Shown here piece after piece: positions 18,654 to 28,777 of a stretch of 41,694 bases of DNA. The stretch spans positions 1 to 41,694 of the forward strand of contig CAYJCZ010000005.1 of NCBI GenBank assembly GCA_964368835.1, in the 5' to 3' direction. This DNA comes from an uncultured Candidatus Saccharibacteria bacterium (GTDB lineage Bacteria > Patescibacteriota > Minisyncoccia > Phycocordibacterales > UBA6065). The translations under genes and the position numbers were made by a program. The notes below the pieces were generated by a model. The model worked only from the letters and a program-made list of their open reading frames with translations. It searched no databases and had not been told where the DNA came from. Positions within the stretch are counted from its first letter, which is position 1, and each line of letters opens with the position of its first letter.

Positions 18654-19064
18654 TTAGTCGCCCCCTGGCCCCGATTCATACTGATGACCCAATTCGACAT
18701 GGATACTTGCCAAAAGGTACTCACACGAATTGCGATCATGCCCACGAAAACACAGTTTCCATTCAAGAGATTCATTAAATTCAAGATGGACAATATGTAT
18801 CGTTGGATAACCGAACGAAGAGGTAAAGGGCGGAACATCAAACGATGGCGGAGAGATGAAGTGAAACCTCATGACCCCAGAGTGGCTGAAATCCACAGCA
18901 CACACCCGCAGATGCAAACATATACCCTTTCCAGTTTCGTCAAAAAAGACATAAAGGGTCAGTCCACGAAGAAGGATCTTTTCGATCGATGTGTTGAGTT
19001 TCTCTAAATGCCCTATTTCCTGTAACTTCAAAAGGGCAACAGCTGCTTTGTAGTTGGTATTCAT
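18654..19064 (-). CDS. Hypothetical protein (ORFan)
   Basis: Stop abuts the bidirectional terminator; TTGACA-16-TAATGT upstream (19133-19106); preferred over the overlapping + strand ORF. Confidence 0.5.
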   Translation of the reverse strand: MNTNYKAAVALLKLQEIGHLEKLNTSIEKILLRGLTLYVFFDETGKGICLHLRVCAVDFSHSGVMRFHFISPPSFDVPPFTSSFGYPTIHIVHLEFNESLEWKLCFRGHDRNSCEYLLASIHVELGHQYESGPGGD

Positions 19065-19275
19065 TACAAATCAATTTGAGGAACATTGTTTCGATACTGT
19101 CCGTTACATTACCTCACATTTCTACCCTGTCAAATGGGCTCATTTGAGCTTTTTGGGGCCTTATGGTAATGTATCGGTCTACAAGTCTCGTCAGTCTTAT
19201 TACAAAAGGCCCCTCATTGGTGCCTCGCGGGACCCGGAAAATAAGCTTTATTTACTTAGTTAATTTAGATTTTAG

Positions 19276-19530
19276 ATGGCAACAAACGTAGAAGTATCAC
19301 GAAACGGCACAGAGAACCCATTGGGTCTTTTGCGACGATTTACAAAACGAGTTCAGGGATCAGGTATTCTTTCTCGCGTACGAGGCGAAAGGTATTATGA
19401 ACGAACTCTTTCTCACTACAAGAACAAGATGAAGACTCTTGCATCTTTGGAGAAACGAGCTGAAATCGCACAGGACATCAAACTAGGCAAAATCAATCCA
19501 GACGCTCCACGAGGTAAAGGAAAGCGATAA
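19276..19530 (+). CDS. rpsU: 30S ribosomal protein S21
   Basis: V.V...EN...LLRRFTKRVQ.SG.L...R...YYER pattern; basic; sits before ybeY. Confidence 0.75.
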   Translation: MATNVEVSRNGTENPLGLLRRFTKRVQGSGILSRVRGERYYERTLSHYKNKMKTLASLEKRAEIAQDIKLGKINPDAPRGKGKR

Positions 19531-19538
19531 AACTCATA

Positions 19539-19928
19539 ATGTCCTCTTCAGAGAACTACTCTTTGATAAACAAAACAAAAGGCAGGCTCCCAAGCTTGCC
19601 TTTTGAGCTTATGAAAAATGAAATCCTTGGCGAAGAATACGATCTCTCGCTCGTATTTCTCACTGATGAAGAGTCAAAAGCACTTAACATCGAATCTCGA
19701 GGTAAAGACTACATCCCAAATGTGCTCTCATTCCCTCTCGATGAAATATCAGGAGAGATCTTTATAAATCCTGAAGAAGCAAAGCGCCAGGCAAAGGATT
19801 TTGACCGAACTCCCGAAAATATGATCGGTTTCCTTTACATACACGGATTATGTCATTTGAAAGGAATGACTCATGGTAGTAAGATGGAGAGTAAAGAAGC
19901 GTCATTCCGCAAGCAATTCGGGATTTAA
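19539..19928 (+). CDS. ybeY: rRNA maturation RNase YbeY
   Basis: RGKDYIPNVLSFP, GEIFI, HGLCHLKGMTH. Confidence 0.9.
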   Translation: MSSSENYSLINKTKGRLPSLPFELMKNEILGEEYDLSLVFLTDEESKALNIESRGKDYIPNVLSFPLDEISGEIFINPEEAKRQAKDFDRTPENMIGFLYIHGLCHLKGMTHGSKMESKEASFRKQFGI

Positions 19929-19961
19929 AGAAGCATCGTGCTTCCTTCTTTGCATCTTTTC

Positions 19962-21137
19962 ATGCGCAAACACATTGCCGCAGGCATAGACATAGGTACA
20001 CATCAGGTTAAAGTCGTTATCTCGGAATCAGATCCAGGTAGTGATAAACTTTTGCCAAGGATTTTAGGTACTGGAACCGCTGAATCGCGTGGTTTGCGTC
20101 ATGGCTATATCGTCAACGGACGAGATACTGCAAAGAGCGTTATGCAAGCAGTGGCACAAGCAGAGCGTGCGTCTGGTGCAAAAGTTAAGAAGGCATATCT
20201 ATCTATGGGCGGAGTAAGTCTGCAGAGCACAATTTCTTTGGGCTCGGTAGCTATCTCTCGTGCCGATGCAGAAGTAACCCAACTTGATCTCGACAAGGCA
20301 ACAGCGCTTGCCGAGCGAAATATTCCGAACGCGCAAACAATCAATCGAAAAATTCTTCATACAGTTCCTCTTTCCTATCGTATTGATGGAAAACTCGTCA
20401 TGGGACGCCCTCTTGGGATGAAAGGAAATAAGCTCGAAGCAAAGGTTCTCTTTATTACCTGCCTTTCCCAACATCTCGAAGATTTGATCGACGCATTGTC
20501 TGATGCAGGTATTGAGGTTGTTGATGTTGTGGCGTCTCCCCTTGCCGCTTCGCTCGTTACTCTTACAAAAAATCAAAAAGTTGCTGGATGCCTTCTTGCA
20601 AATATAGGGTCTGAAACCGTTTCTATTGTCGTATTTGAAAACAATCTTCCTATCTCACTTGAAGTATTTCCTATTGGCTCAAACGATATCACAAACGACA
20701 TCGCGCTTGGACTCAAAGTTCCTATTGAAGATGCAGAGACAATAAAGCGAGGCGGTCTCACTACTGCTCAGATCTCAAAAAAGAAGCTTGATGAAATTGT
20801 AAGCGCACGACTTTCCGATATTTTTGATCTCATTGAAGCTCACTTGAAAAAAATTGATCGAAATGGACTCTTGCCCGCTGGAATTATCATCACAGGTGGA
20901 GGTGCAGGACTTGCTGGCATCGAGGAGCTTGCAAAAGCATCACTCAAACTTCCTTCACGTGTTGCACAATTTGGACAAGGAGGAAAAGAGAGCTCAAAAG
21001 ATTCTTCATGGTCAGTTGCGTACGGACTTACGATTCTCGGCATAGGAACAGAAGATGTAAGCGACTCCGGAATTACCAAAAACGGAAAAACTTTTGCACT
21101 CAAGATCGGCGGATGGTTCAAACAATTTTTACCTTAG
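19962..21137 (+). CDS. ftsA: Cell division protein FtsA
   Basis: GIDIGTHQVKV, GLRHGYIV, NIGSETVS, IIITGGGAGL; directly upstream of ftsZ. Confidence 0.93.
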   Translation: MRKHIAAGIDIGTHQVKVVISESDPGSDKLLPRILGTGTAESRGLRHGYIVNGRDTAKSVMQAVAQAERASGAKVKKAYLSMGGVSLQSTISLGSVAISRADAEVTQLDLDKATALAERNIPNAQTINRKILHTVPLSYRIDGKLVMGRPLGMKGNKLEAKVLFITCLSQHLEDLIDALSDAGIEVVDVVASPLAASLVTLTKNQKVAGCLLANIGSETVSIVVFENNLPISLEVFPIGSNDITNDIALGLKVPIEDAETIKRGGLTTAQISKKKLDEIVSARLSDIFDLIEAHLKKIDRNGLLPAGIIITGGGAGLAGIEELAKASLKLPSRVAQFGQGGKESSKDSSWSVAYGLTILGIGTEDVSDSGITKNGKTFALKIGGWFKQFLP

Positions 21138-21204
21138 TGTTTTTTGAATCAATCTCTATATTTTAAGCCATATTTCGACAGGAAATAATGGATAGTCAAG
21201 GTTA

Positions 21205-21232
21205 TTGCCTTTTAAAAGTACCTTGCTATGAT
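21205..21232 (+). promoter_or_regulatory. Promoter of ftsZ
   Basis: TTGCCT-16 nt-TATGAT with extended -10 TG. Confidence 0.5.
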
Positions 21233-21293
21233 GTACCCACCTTACCAAACCCGAAAGAGATGAACTCTGATCGGCCAATAACGACTTATTATC

Positions 21294-22478
21294 ATGCCAA
21301 ACATCGTTCCAGAAGTAGAGACGTTCGCCCGAATTAAGGTTTTAGGTGTCGGTGGATCAGGAAAAAACGCCGTAAATCACATGATTAACTCCAAAGTACG
21401 TGGGGTTGAATTTATCGCGGTTAATACAGACGCACAGGATCTTCATCATTCATTAGCTAAAAAGAAGATACATATAGGCAAAAACCTCACCAAGGGCCTC
21501 GGTGCAGGTATGAACCCTGACTTGGGTCGTAGAGCTATAGAAGAGACCAAGGAGGAGCTCCAGGAGGCTATAAAGGGTGCAGATATGGTGTTCGTGGCAG
21601 GAGGACTTGGTGGTGGAACGGCCTCTGGCGCAACCCCTGTCGTAGCAAAGACAGCAAAAGAACTCGGTGCTCTCACCGTTGCTGTAGTTACCAAGCCCTT
21701 CTTCTTTGAAGGTGCACAGCGAGGCAAGATCGCTGATATAGCTTTGGAAAACCTCCGCAAGGAAGTAGACGCAATTATCGTTATTCCAAACGACCGCCTT
21801 TTGGCAAACATTGATCGCAACACAACTGCAAAGGCAGCGTTTGCAATGTCCGACGAAGTGCTAAAGCAGGCCGTCGAAGGAATCTCTGACCTCATTACAA
21901 CTCCAGGTATCATCAACATCGACTTTGCTGATATTCGAGCAGTCATGGAAAATGCTGGACCAGCACTCATGGGTATTGGTATCGGTACAGGTGAAAAGCG
22001 AGCTGAAGAAGCTGCAAAGATGGCAATCTCATCTCCACTCCTAGATATCTCTATCGCAGGTGCGAAGGGCGTACTCTTCTCTATCGCCGGAAACGATGAC
22101 CTTACCATGTTCGAAATCCAGGACGCTGCAAAGCTCATCACTGAATCAATCGACCCAGGTGCAAAAGTTATCTTTGGTACTGTTCGAGATGAAAAGATTA
22201 AGAAGGGTGAAGTTAAAGTAACTGTTATCGCTTCTGGATTCGGTGAAAATACTCTTGCTGCTGCAACCACAAAGAGCAAATCCCTCTTCTCTGCTCCTGA
22301 ACCAAAAGAAGATACGAAAGGAAAGATTCATAACTCAGTTTCAATGCCTCCAAAGGAAGAAAAGCCTGAGCCAAAAGTAATTCCTGCTGTTGAAGAGAAA
22401 AAATCAACTATCCCAACTATTAGCAACGATGACGATGATTGGGGTGCAGTGCCAGCTTTCTTACGAAGGAAGAAATAA
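21294..22478 (+). CDS. ftsZ: Cell division protein FtsZ
   Basis: GVGGSGKNAVN, GGGTASGA tubulin signature, NIDFAD, C-terminal VPAFLRR. Confidence 0.97.
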   Translation: MPNIVPEVETFARIKVLGVGGSGKNAVNHMINSKVRGVEFIAVNTDAQDLHHSLAKKKIHIGKNLTKGLGAGMNPDLGRRAIEETKEELQEAIKGADMVFVAGGLGGGTASGATPVVAKTAKELGALTVAVVTKPFFFEGAQRGKIADIALENLRKEVDAIIVIPNDRLLANIDRNTTAKAAFAMSDEVLKQAVEGISDLITTPGIINIDFADIRAVMENAGPALMGIGIGTGEKRAEEAAKMAISSPLLDISIAGAKGVLFSIAGNDDLTMFEIQDAAKLITESIDPGAKVIFGTVRDEKIKKGEVKVTVIASGFGENTLAAATTKSKSLFSAPEPKEDTKGKIHNSVSMPPKEEKPEPKVIPAVEEKKSTIPTISNDDDDWGAVPAFLRRKK

Positions 22479-22484
22479 TTACAT

Positions 22485-22513
22485 AAAAATCGCGGCACAG
22501 GTCGCGGTTTTTT
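22485..22513 (+). terminator. Intrinsic terminator
   Basis: AAAAATCGCGGC/GTCGCGGTTTTT. Confidence 0.7.
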
Positions 22514-22528
22514 ATTCTGATATAATAC

Positions 22529-23458
22529 ATGTCACATATGTACGATCTTGCAATCATTGGAGGTGGACCGGCCGGTGTCGCAGCGGGTGTTTATGCTTCA
22601 CGCAAAAGACTTAAAACCGTCTTTATTACCAAGGACTGGGAAAGCCAATCTGTTGTGTCAGAAGGCATCGAAAACTGGATTGGAACAGTAAAGATTGCTG
22701 GATCTGATTTTGCTAAGAGCCTCGAAGGACACCTTAAGGCATACTCTGGCGATATAGTAGATATCAAAACGGGTGAATACTGCAAAAAAATAACTCAAAT
22801 AGCGGGAGGGTTCGAAATTGCTACAGAAACACAGACTTTTAAAGCGAAAACGATTCTTATCGCGACAGGAAGTCACCGTCGAAAACTCGATATTCCAGGC
22901 GCTGACACTTTTGAGCACAAAGGTATTACCTACTGTGCATCATGCGATGGACCAGTGTTTGCTGGCCAGGATGTTGCGGTTATAGGCGGAGGAAATGCTG
23001 CATTTGAGTCCGCATCTCAACTTTTGGCATATTGTAGGTCTGTCACCCTTCTTAATCGTAGCGATGAGTTCCGGGCTGATCCTGTAACCGTAAAGAAAGT
23101 GCTTACCAACCCAAAGATGCATGCACTCACAAATGCTGCACCAGCCGAAGTCAGAGGTAATAAGTTTGTAAAATCACTGCTTTACACAGACAAAGAATCA
23201 GGAGAAACAAAGGAACTCGCTGTCTCGGGAATATTTGTTGAAATAGGCTCTATCCCATCTACGGAGTTTGCAAAAGGACTTGTCGACACTGACCCGACCG
23301 GTAAAATCAAAGTTGACCCTCGAACCCAGAGCACGACAATCACGGGTATCTGGGCCGCTGGAGACTGCACGGATGGCTTATATCACCAGAACAACATTGC
23401 TGCCGGTGATGCTGTGAAGGCGCTTGAGGATATCTATATCCACCTCCACGCAAAATAA
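22529..23458 (+). CDS. trxB: Thioredoxin reductase-like FAD oxidoreductase
   Basis: IIGGGPAG, CASCDG redox motif, VIGGGNAA, GIWAAGD. Confidence 0.88.
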   Translation: MSHMYDLAIIGGGPAGVAAGVYASRKRLKTVFITKDWESQSVVSEGIENWIGTVKIAGSDFAKSLEGHLKAYSGDIVDIKTGEYCKKITQIAGGFEIATETQTFKAKTILIATGSHRRKLDIPGADTFEHKGITYCASCDGPVFAGQDVAVIGGGNAAFESASQLLAYCRSVTLLNRSDEFRADPVTVKKVLTNPKMHALTNAAPAEVRGNKFVKSLLYTDKESGETKELAVSGIFVEIGSIPSTEFAKGLVDTDPTGKIKVDPRTQSTTITGIWAAGDCTDGLYHQNNIAAGDAVKALEDIYIHLHAK

Positions 23459-23476
23459 ACGTGATACGATAGAGCC

Positions 23477-23911
23477 ATGCAAAAGAAAGAACACACAGCA
23501 TTCGTATTCGCGCACGTCGCGTTATTTATCGTATTCGTATGGTTCGGGACCCTAAAATTACTTGGTCTCTCCCCAGCAGGACCACTTGTTACCGAACTCT
23601 TTAATCAAACCCTAGGAGTTGTACTGCCTTTCCTAACCGCAGATGCATTCATTGTCCTCTTTGGTGGTTTTGAAGTACTTATTGGCGTTCTATTCGTGAT
23701 TCCTCGTATGGAAAAGGTTGCAACACTCTTATTGCTTCCCCATATGCTTACAACTCTCCTTCCGCTCTTCTTCCTTCCTGAAATTACCTGGGATGGCTTT
23801 TTGACTCCATCTCTCGAAGGTCAGTACATTATTAAAAACGTTATCATCCTTGCCCTAGTAGCAATGGTGTTTGTTGACCTCAAACGCGCTCGCGGAGGTC
23901 TTGTAAGCTAG
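23477..23911 (+). CDS. DoxX-like membrane protein
   Basis: FVWFGTLKL, EVLIGVLF, EGQYIIKN. Confidence 0.7.
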   Translation: MQKKEHTAFVFAHVALFIVFVWFGTLKLLGLSPAGPLVTELFNQTLGVVLPFLTADAFIVLFGGFEVLIGVLFVIPRMEKVATLLLLPHMLTTLLPLFFLPEITWDGFLTPSLEGQYIIKNVIILALVAMVFVDLKRARGGLVS

Positions 23912-24603
23912 AGAGACGCAGACTTTCCTTTTGCGTCTTCGATAATAAGCCCGTCATTAAGACGCACCACTCGAGTTGCGAGTTTTGCGTATTCTTCTTC
24001 GTGAGTAACCATAATAATGGTCTGCCCTTGCTTATGAACTTCCTGGAAAAGCTTCATGATCGCAACCGACGACTCATTATCAAGATTAGCAGTAGGCTCG
24101 TCAGCAAAAAGCACACGCGGCTTGTGAGCAAGCGCTCGTGCAATCGAAGTTCTCTGCTGCTCACCTCCAGACAGCTGTGAAGGAAGGTTATCGAGTCTGT
24201 GGCCAAGTCCTACTCGTTCCAATGACACACGTGCATATACATACGCATCCGTCTTTGATTTTCCTTGCATCATAAGTGGAACTGCAACGTTTTCAATTGC
24301 CGTAAGATCAGGCAACAGCGCATAATCCTGAAATACATATCCAAGCTCATTGAGTCTGAATCGCGTCTTCTCTTCATGAGACATGTCATGAGTGTTCTTA
24401 TTAAAAATGATGATCTCCCCTGCTGTTGGTTCATCCAAAAGAGAAATTTGATACATGAAGGTCGACTTACCAGCACCGGAACGACCCATGATCGCAATAA
24501 ACTCTCCCTCATCTGCGCTAAAGGTAATGCCTTTGAGCACCTGAGTTTCTTTGTCTCCGTTCTTGAAAGTCTTTACGAGGTTATTTGTCTGTATTAAAGC
24601 CAT
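23908..24603 (-). CDS. ABC transporter ATP-binding protein (MacB/LolD-like)
   Basis: GRSGAGKS Walker A, LSGGEQQR, ADEPT, VTHE. Confidence 0.93.
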   Translation of the reverse strand: MALIQTNNLVKTFKNGDKETQVLKGITFSADEGEFIAIMGRSGAGKSTFMYQISLLDEPTAGEIIIFNKNTHDMSHEEKTRFRLNELGYVFQDYALLPDLTAIENVAVPLMMQGKSKTDAYVYARVSLERVGLGHRLDNLPSQLSGGEQQRTSIARALAHKPRVLFADEPTANLDNESSVAIMKLFQEVHKQGQTIIMVTHEEEYAKLATRVVRLNDGLIIEDAKGKSASL

Positions 24604-24607
24604 AAAT

Positions 24608-25855
24608 TTAATTTCTACCTAAAATAGAATCGAGCGTGTTTTTACGAACAATCATACGAGCTGGAATGTAGCCTGCGATGATTGTAGTCGTTACAAGAAT
24701 CGCGAGCTTTATACCAGTACCCAGTGCCGGTGCTACAAGAATTCCGTCAGAGAATGGGAAGTTAATCGGATGCGCTGTGATATATGGCTGTAGGAATCCA
24801 TAGAGAAGCGCCAAACCAATTCCTGAACCACAGACTGCGTAGAAAAACGACTGGAAGATATATGATGCTTCGATAGTGCGTCCGCTTATACCAATACCCT
24901 TTAGAATTCCAATGAATTTTCGGCGGGTGATCGCATTCACGAAGATCACAATAAATATTGTGATCGATGCTACAGCAAGACCGATCGAACTAATCATATT
25001 TCCAAGGAGTGCAAATGTCGCCTTGATATCCTTGAGGAATTTTGGCTGGGCATCCTCGAATGTTTGCACTCGAGCAAATTCTGAAACCCCTGCCCTGATG
25101 AGGGCCTCCTTTACAACAACAGGATCTATGCCCGGCTTTAACTTGATTGAGATTTCATCTACGTTGTAATCAGTTCTACCAATGAGATCTCGAAGCTGTC
25201 GATCAACGAAAAAGATTCGATATGAAAGCTCATCCACCTTTGAAAGAATGATTCCTTTAATGGTTACCTCTCGAGTCACCTCACCAATAGTTATACGCAC
25301 CCGATCACCCACGTTCACATTTTTAAGTGTTGGAAAAGCCGGAGTTTCAACAGGGAAATATTTTTGGAGAAGATAACCTCCGATAAGAATCTGGTCATAA
25401 TCATCAGGCTCAAGATACTTACCCTCAACAACGAATCGAGAAATATCGGTAAGCTCGTCTTCCTTTACAGGATCAATACCCGCAAGCGTTCCACCTGCTG
25501 AATCAATTTCTTCTGGCTTTGCTGCGCTCTTGTAGTTTGCTTCAATCCTGCCTGACTCAAGATATCGAGCTGATGATGTTTCAACTTCTGGAAGGCTGTT
25601 TATGATGTTGAGAACGCGTGGCGTTTGTTCAATATAATTCTTCTTATCAAGCTTTGTGATGAGAATATCGCTTGTATAGAAAGCTTTGTTTGCCTCGACA
25701 GCTCCCTCAATGAGACCGACAAGAATACCCGAAACCACAACGAGGTTGAGAAAGGTCAAAGTCATCACAAAGATAATGAGTCCTGTGGTCCATTTGTTCG
25801 CTCGCCTTACTTGCCTGAACGCGAGAAACCAACCTATACGAATAAATTGCGGCAT
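24608..25855 (-). CDS. ABC transporter permease (MacB/FtsX family)
   Basis: One TM, large extracytoplasmic domain, then 3 TM; RRKFIGILKGIG. Confidence 0.88.
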   Translation of the reverse strand: MPQFIRIGWFLAFRQVRRANKWTTGLIIFVMTLTFLNLVVVSGILVGLIEGAVEANKAFYTSDILITKLDKKNYIEQTPRVLNIINSLPEVETSSARYLESGRIEANYKSAAKPEEIDSAGGTLAGIDPVKEDELTDISRFVVEGKYLEPDDYDQILIGGYLLQKYFPVETPAFPTLKNVNVGDRVRITIGEVTREVTIKGIILSKVDELSYRIFFVDRQLRDLIGRTDYNVDEISIKLKPGIDPVVVKEALIRAGVSEFARVQTFEDAQPKFLKDIKATFALLGNMISSIGLAVASITIFIVIFVNAITRRKFIGILKGIGISGRTIEASYIFQSFFYAVCGSGIGLALLYGFLQPYITAHPINFPFSDGILVAPALGTGIKLAILVTTTIIAGYIPARMIVRKNTLDSILGRN

Positions 25856-25863
25856 CTAGTTTA

Positions 25864-27309
25864 TTACTTTGGATTTACGAGAACAGAGTCAGTTGCAGAA
25901 AGACCAGAGACAACCTCCACATTGCCGTTGGTATCAGTTATACCCGTTACAATTTCTCGATCAGCAGATTCCTTTTCAGATATTTTTACCTTAACCATCT
26001 TTTTGCCATTTTCTGATACCACTGCTCGTGAAGGAATATAAAGTACCTGACCCGTGCGGAGTGTTTCAATCGAAATGTTAGATGTAAGACCCGAGAGAAT
26101 TCGTGCATCAGCCGCTGCAAATGCCAATTCTATTTTGTATGTAGAAACTCCATCACGAATTGTTTCTCGAGGGTCTACGTGCACTATCGTTGCTTCAAAC
26201 ACAGTCTCCTTTCCATAAGCATCGAGGGTTACTTTTGCTTTTGCACCAACAACAATACCCGCAACACTTACTTCTGGTACATACGCCTCAAGCATGTAAT
26301 CAGCACTGATGATTGATACGAGATTTGCACCTGCAGTAACAGATTCACCCGTCTTTGCATCCTGCTTTGATATCACACCTGAAATTGGAGACCGAAGCGT
26401 CATCTTGCCAAGACGTGCCTGATAATTTGCCACATTTGCTTCTGCTGCTGCTACGCGAGCGGCCTGTACTGGTACATCTGAAAGAGTAGCCGAATAGCTT
26501 TCTTCACCTGTAATAAGTGTCGCTGCGGCACCGTTTACATTCTGGCGAGCAGCTGCTACGTCTGTCTTGTACTTATCAATAAGTGTCTGAGTGACCGATG
26601 AGCTTGGTTTAAATGAGTTTACCGCTCGAGCAACATCGTCGAGGAAAAGTGAAATCTCTCGGAGATTAAGCTTTGCATCTTCAAGATCCGCCTCTGTGTA
26701 GTTACCGAGTGTAAGTGCTGATACACGCACATTCCACTTTGAAAGCACATCCCCTACTTTTACTCGCGATTCATTGATCTTATTTCGCAAGAGGTAATCA
26801 TCGAAAGAGAAGACAATTTTTGGATTAGCGGTACGAGCATCCTCAAAGAACTGATCAATCTTGTTTGATATCGCATCGTCAGCATCTGTGTAGGCATCAA
26901 TAATATTTTGAGTGACGCTTGTCTTTGAGTTATCTATCTTTGCCTGAAGTTCGCTGCCTCCCGAAAGCTTTGCGAGCTCTGCTCGTGCAGCTGCCAAATC
27001 AGCCTGAGCCTTCATGAGATCAGCTCGGGTGCTTGATTGATCAAGCTCAACCACAACTGCACCTGCTGTGACCTTATCACCCACGTCCATATACGCCTTG
27101 GCAACAGTGCCAGATACTTCAAAACCAAGGTCGGCATCCTCTGATGGCACAACCTTTCCTGCAAGCTCTACTGTTCGAACAAGCTCACCTGAGGAAACCG
27201 TGATCGCCTCACCGCCTCCATTTCCCCGAGTGCTGAAGCCGATAACTGCTATTACGACAACAATAATGGCAATAACAAGGGCTATCTTGTGGCGTTTTAC
27301 AAATGTCAT
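25864..27309 (-). CDS. Efflux membrane fusion protein (MacA/HlyD-like)
   Basis: N-terminal anchor; lipoyl halves (GFEVSGTV, LRSPISGV); long alpha-hairpin; VEVVSGL. Confidence 0.88.
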   Translation of the reverse strand: MTFVKRHKIALVIAIIVVVIAVIGFSTRGNGGGEAITVSSGELVRTVELAGKVVPSEDADLGFEVSGTVAKAYMDVGDKVTAGAVVVELDQSSTRADLMKAQADLAAARAELAKLSGGSELQAKIDNSKTSVTQNIIDAYTDADDAISNKIDQFFEDARTANPKIVFSFDDYLLRNKINESRVKVGDVLSKWNVRVSALTLGNYTEADLEDAKLNLREISLFLDDVARAVNSFKPSSSVTQTLIDKYKTDVAAARQNVNGAAATLITGEESYSATLSDVPVQAARVAAAEANVANYQARLGKMTLRSPISGVISKQDAKTGESVTAGANLVSIISADYMLEAYVPEVSVAGIVVGAKAKVTLDAYGKETVFEATIVHVDPRETIRDGVSTYKIELAFAAADARILSGLTSNISIETLRTGQVLYIPSRAVVSENGKKMVKVKISEKESADREIVTGITDTNGNVEVVSGLSATDSVLVNPK

Positions 27310-27375
27310 GATGTGATTTTATGCTAGATACTCATTCTATCATACGAAGAATTTACCCTTAAGCGGTTCGTATGT

Positions 27376-27807
27376 TTAAAAGTATGCCTTTATGAAAGGT
27401 ACTGCTTGTTTGATGGCGAGCGTCCGATGATCATCTATTGATACCTTCTTATCTTTCTTTGGAAGAGCGCCCTCAAAGAGGTGGGGCTCAGAAATCATGC
27501 CATCGGGCGCCACATGTATGACTGCAATGATTGTTTTATGCACCACATGTGATGAATCTTCAGATAAGACAATAAACTGCAGGTCTGGTTTAACGCATTC
27601 GGACAGCTCGCGTGCATATGCAAATGAAGTAAGGATCGCATATTCACCCAAAGCTTCTCCGCAGTCTTCTATTTCAAGATCTACAGGCACAAAATCGCGC
27701 AAAGTTGAGAGCGAGATACCGTGTGGATCGAAGTGCTTGCCGATATCACGGATTTTTTTCTTATCAGAAGCAGCATATACGACGTGGGTTTTGATTTTTT
27801 TCTTCAT
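27376..27807 (-). CDS. Degenerate Ham1/RdgB (ITPase)-like protein
   Basis: N-terminal pattern YAASDKKKIRDI...EIEDCGE...VLSEDS and C-terminal DHRTLAI resemble Ham1; catalytic segments are missing. Confidence 0.45.
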   Translation of the reverse strand: MKKKIKTHVVYAASDKKKIRDIGKHFDPHGISLSTLRDFVPVDLEIEDCGEALGEYAILTSFAYARELSECVKPDLQFIVLSEDSSHVVHKTIIAVIHVAPDGMISEPHLFEGALPKKDKKVSIDDHRTLAIKQAVPFIKAYF

Positions 27808-27832
27808 GGCTACCTAGTATAACCGAGAACAT

Positions 27833-28675
27833 TTATTTTTTGAAAAAATCGAGGAATTTTATTGGATCAATCGATGTATCTTGCAGACGAACTGTGAGAT
27901 GGAGATGTGGCTGTTCGGCATATCCTGTCATTCCTGAGAGCCCAATGGTCTGTCCAGGCAAAACGAGCTCTCCAACATTTACGTATATTTTTGAAAGATG
28001 CATATAAAAGGTTTGAAGACCGAGACCGTGGTCAACAACGATTGTTTTTCCATAATTTCTTCCCTCTTTCGCAATACGCACGACTCCTCGGTTCATGGCA
28101 AAGACTTTTGTTCCCTCTTTAGCCCGAAAATCTGTTCCTTTGTGCGCAATTGAATATGTACCGGTCTGTCTTTGATAGCCATAATCATCAGTAACCACTG
28201 GATCAGCGACTGGATACCTAAATGGAAGTGTCCAAAAGGCATGTGTGCCCGTACGCAGATTAAGCAAGCTCGCATTTTCCTGCGCCAGCGTGCTTACAAG
28301 CTGTGTGGCGCTCGTCTGAGTGTTTCCTCCTAGCTTTTCTGGAATTCCAAGGGGTGCTTCGATCTTTTTTCTTTCGCTGATTTGAAAAGTTTTCTCGATG
28401 AGGATGCCATCAGAGAGCGTCGCGACAATTTTATATGTCCCCGACTTTTTATAGAGATCAATACCGTAAAATACGGTGGGAATATTCTTGTATGTAAAAA
28501 CGGGAAGTTTTTTGCCGTCTAGAAATATGCTCGATACCGTTGATGTAGCGATAACTTCGATTTTAAGCGGCTCCCCTTGAATCGGATTTTCTGGAGTAAT
28601 AGAAATCGACGCAGCAAAAACACCTGATGGGAGGACAAAAGAAAGAGCAATGAGTGATTTTAGAAATATACTCAT
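27833..28675 (-). CDS. Secreted M23 family metallopeptidase
   Basis: Signal peptide; HKGTDF, YGKTIVVDHG, YMHLS, PHLH. Confidence 0.9.
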   Translation of the reverse strand: MSIFLKSLIALSFVLPSGVFAASISITPENPIQGEPLKIEVIATSTVSSIFLDGKKLPVFTYKNIPTVFYGIDLYKKSGTYKIVATLSDGILIEKTFQISERKKIEAPLGIPEKLGGNTQTSATQLVSTLAQENASLLNLRTGTHAFWTLPFRYPVADPVVTDDYGYQRQTGTYSIAHKGTDFRAKEGTKVFAMNRGVVRIAKEGRNYGKTIVVDHGLGLQTFYMHLSKIYVNVGELVLPGQTIGLSGMTGYAEQPHLHLTVRLQDTSIDPIKFLDFFKK

Positions 28676-28777
28676 ACCTATAAGTATACTCCTCTGGGGA
28701 TTGAGGGCAGTGTCTCGCAGATTACATGTTCACGGATTTGAAACTATAGGTAGGCGTCCTAGCTGGTTTCGACATGA

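Noticed and set aside
18684-19007. 107-aa + strand ORF
   Set aside because: It overlaps the minus ORF, which has a promoter and ends at the terminator; not fully excluded
19276-27309. rpsU-ybeY-ftsA-ftsZ-trxB and the MacAB-like exporter as a novel system
   Set aside because: Ordinary housekeeping genes with canonical motifs
28700-28777. Possible degenerate tRNA-Ser 3' duplicate (att) below vanW
   Set aside because: Only a weak GGATTTGAA resemblance; no convincing repeat
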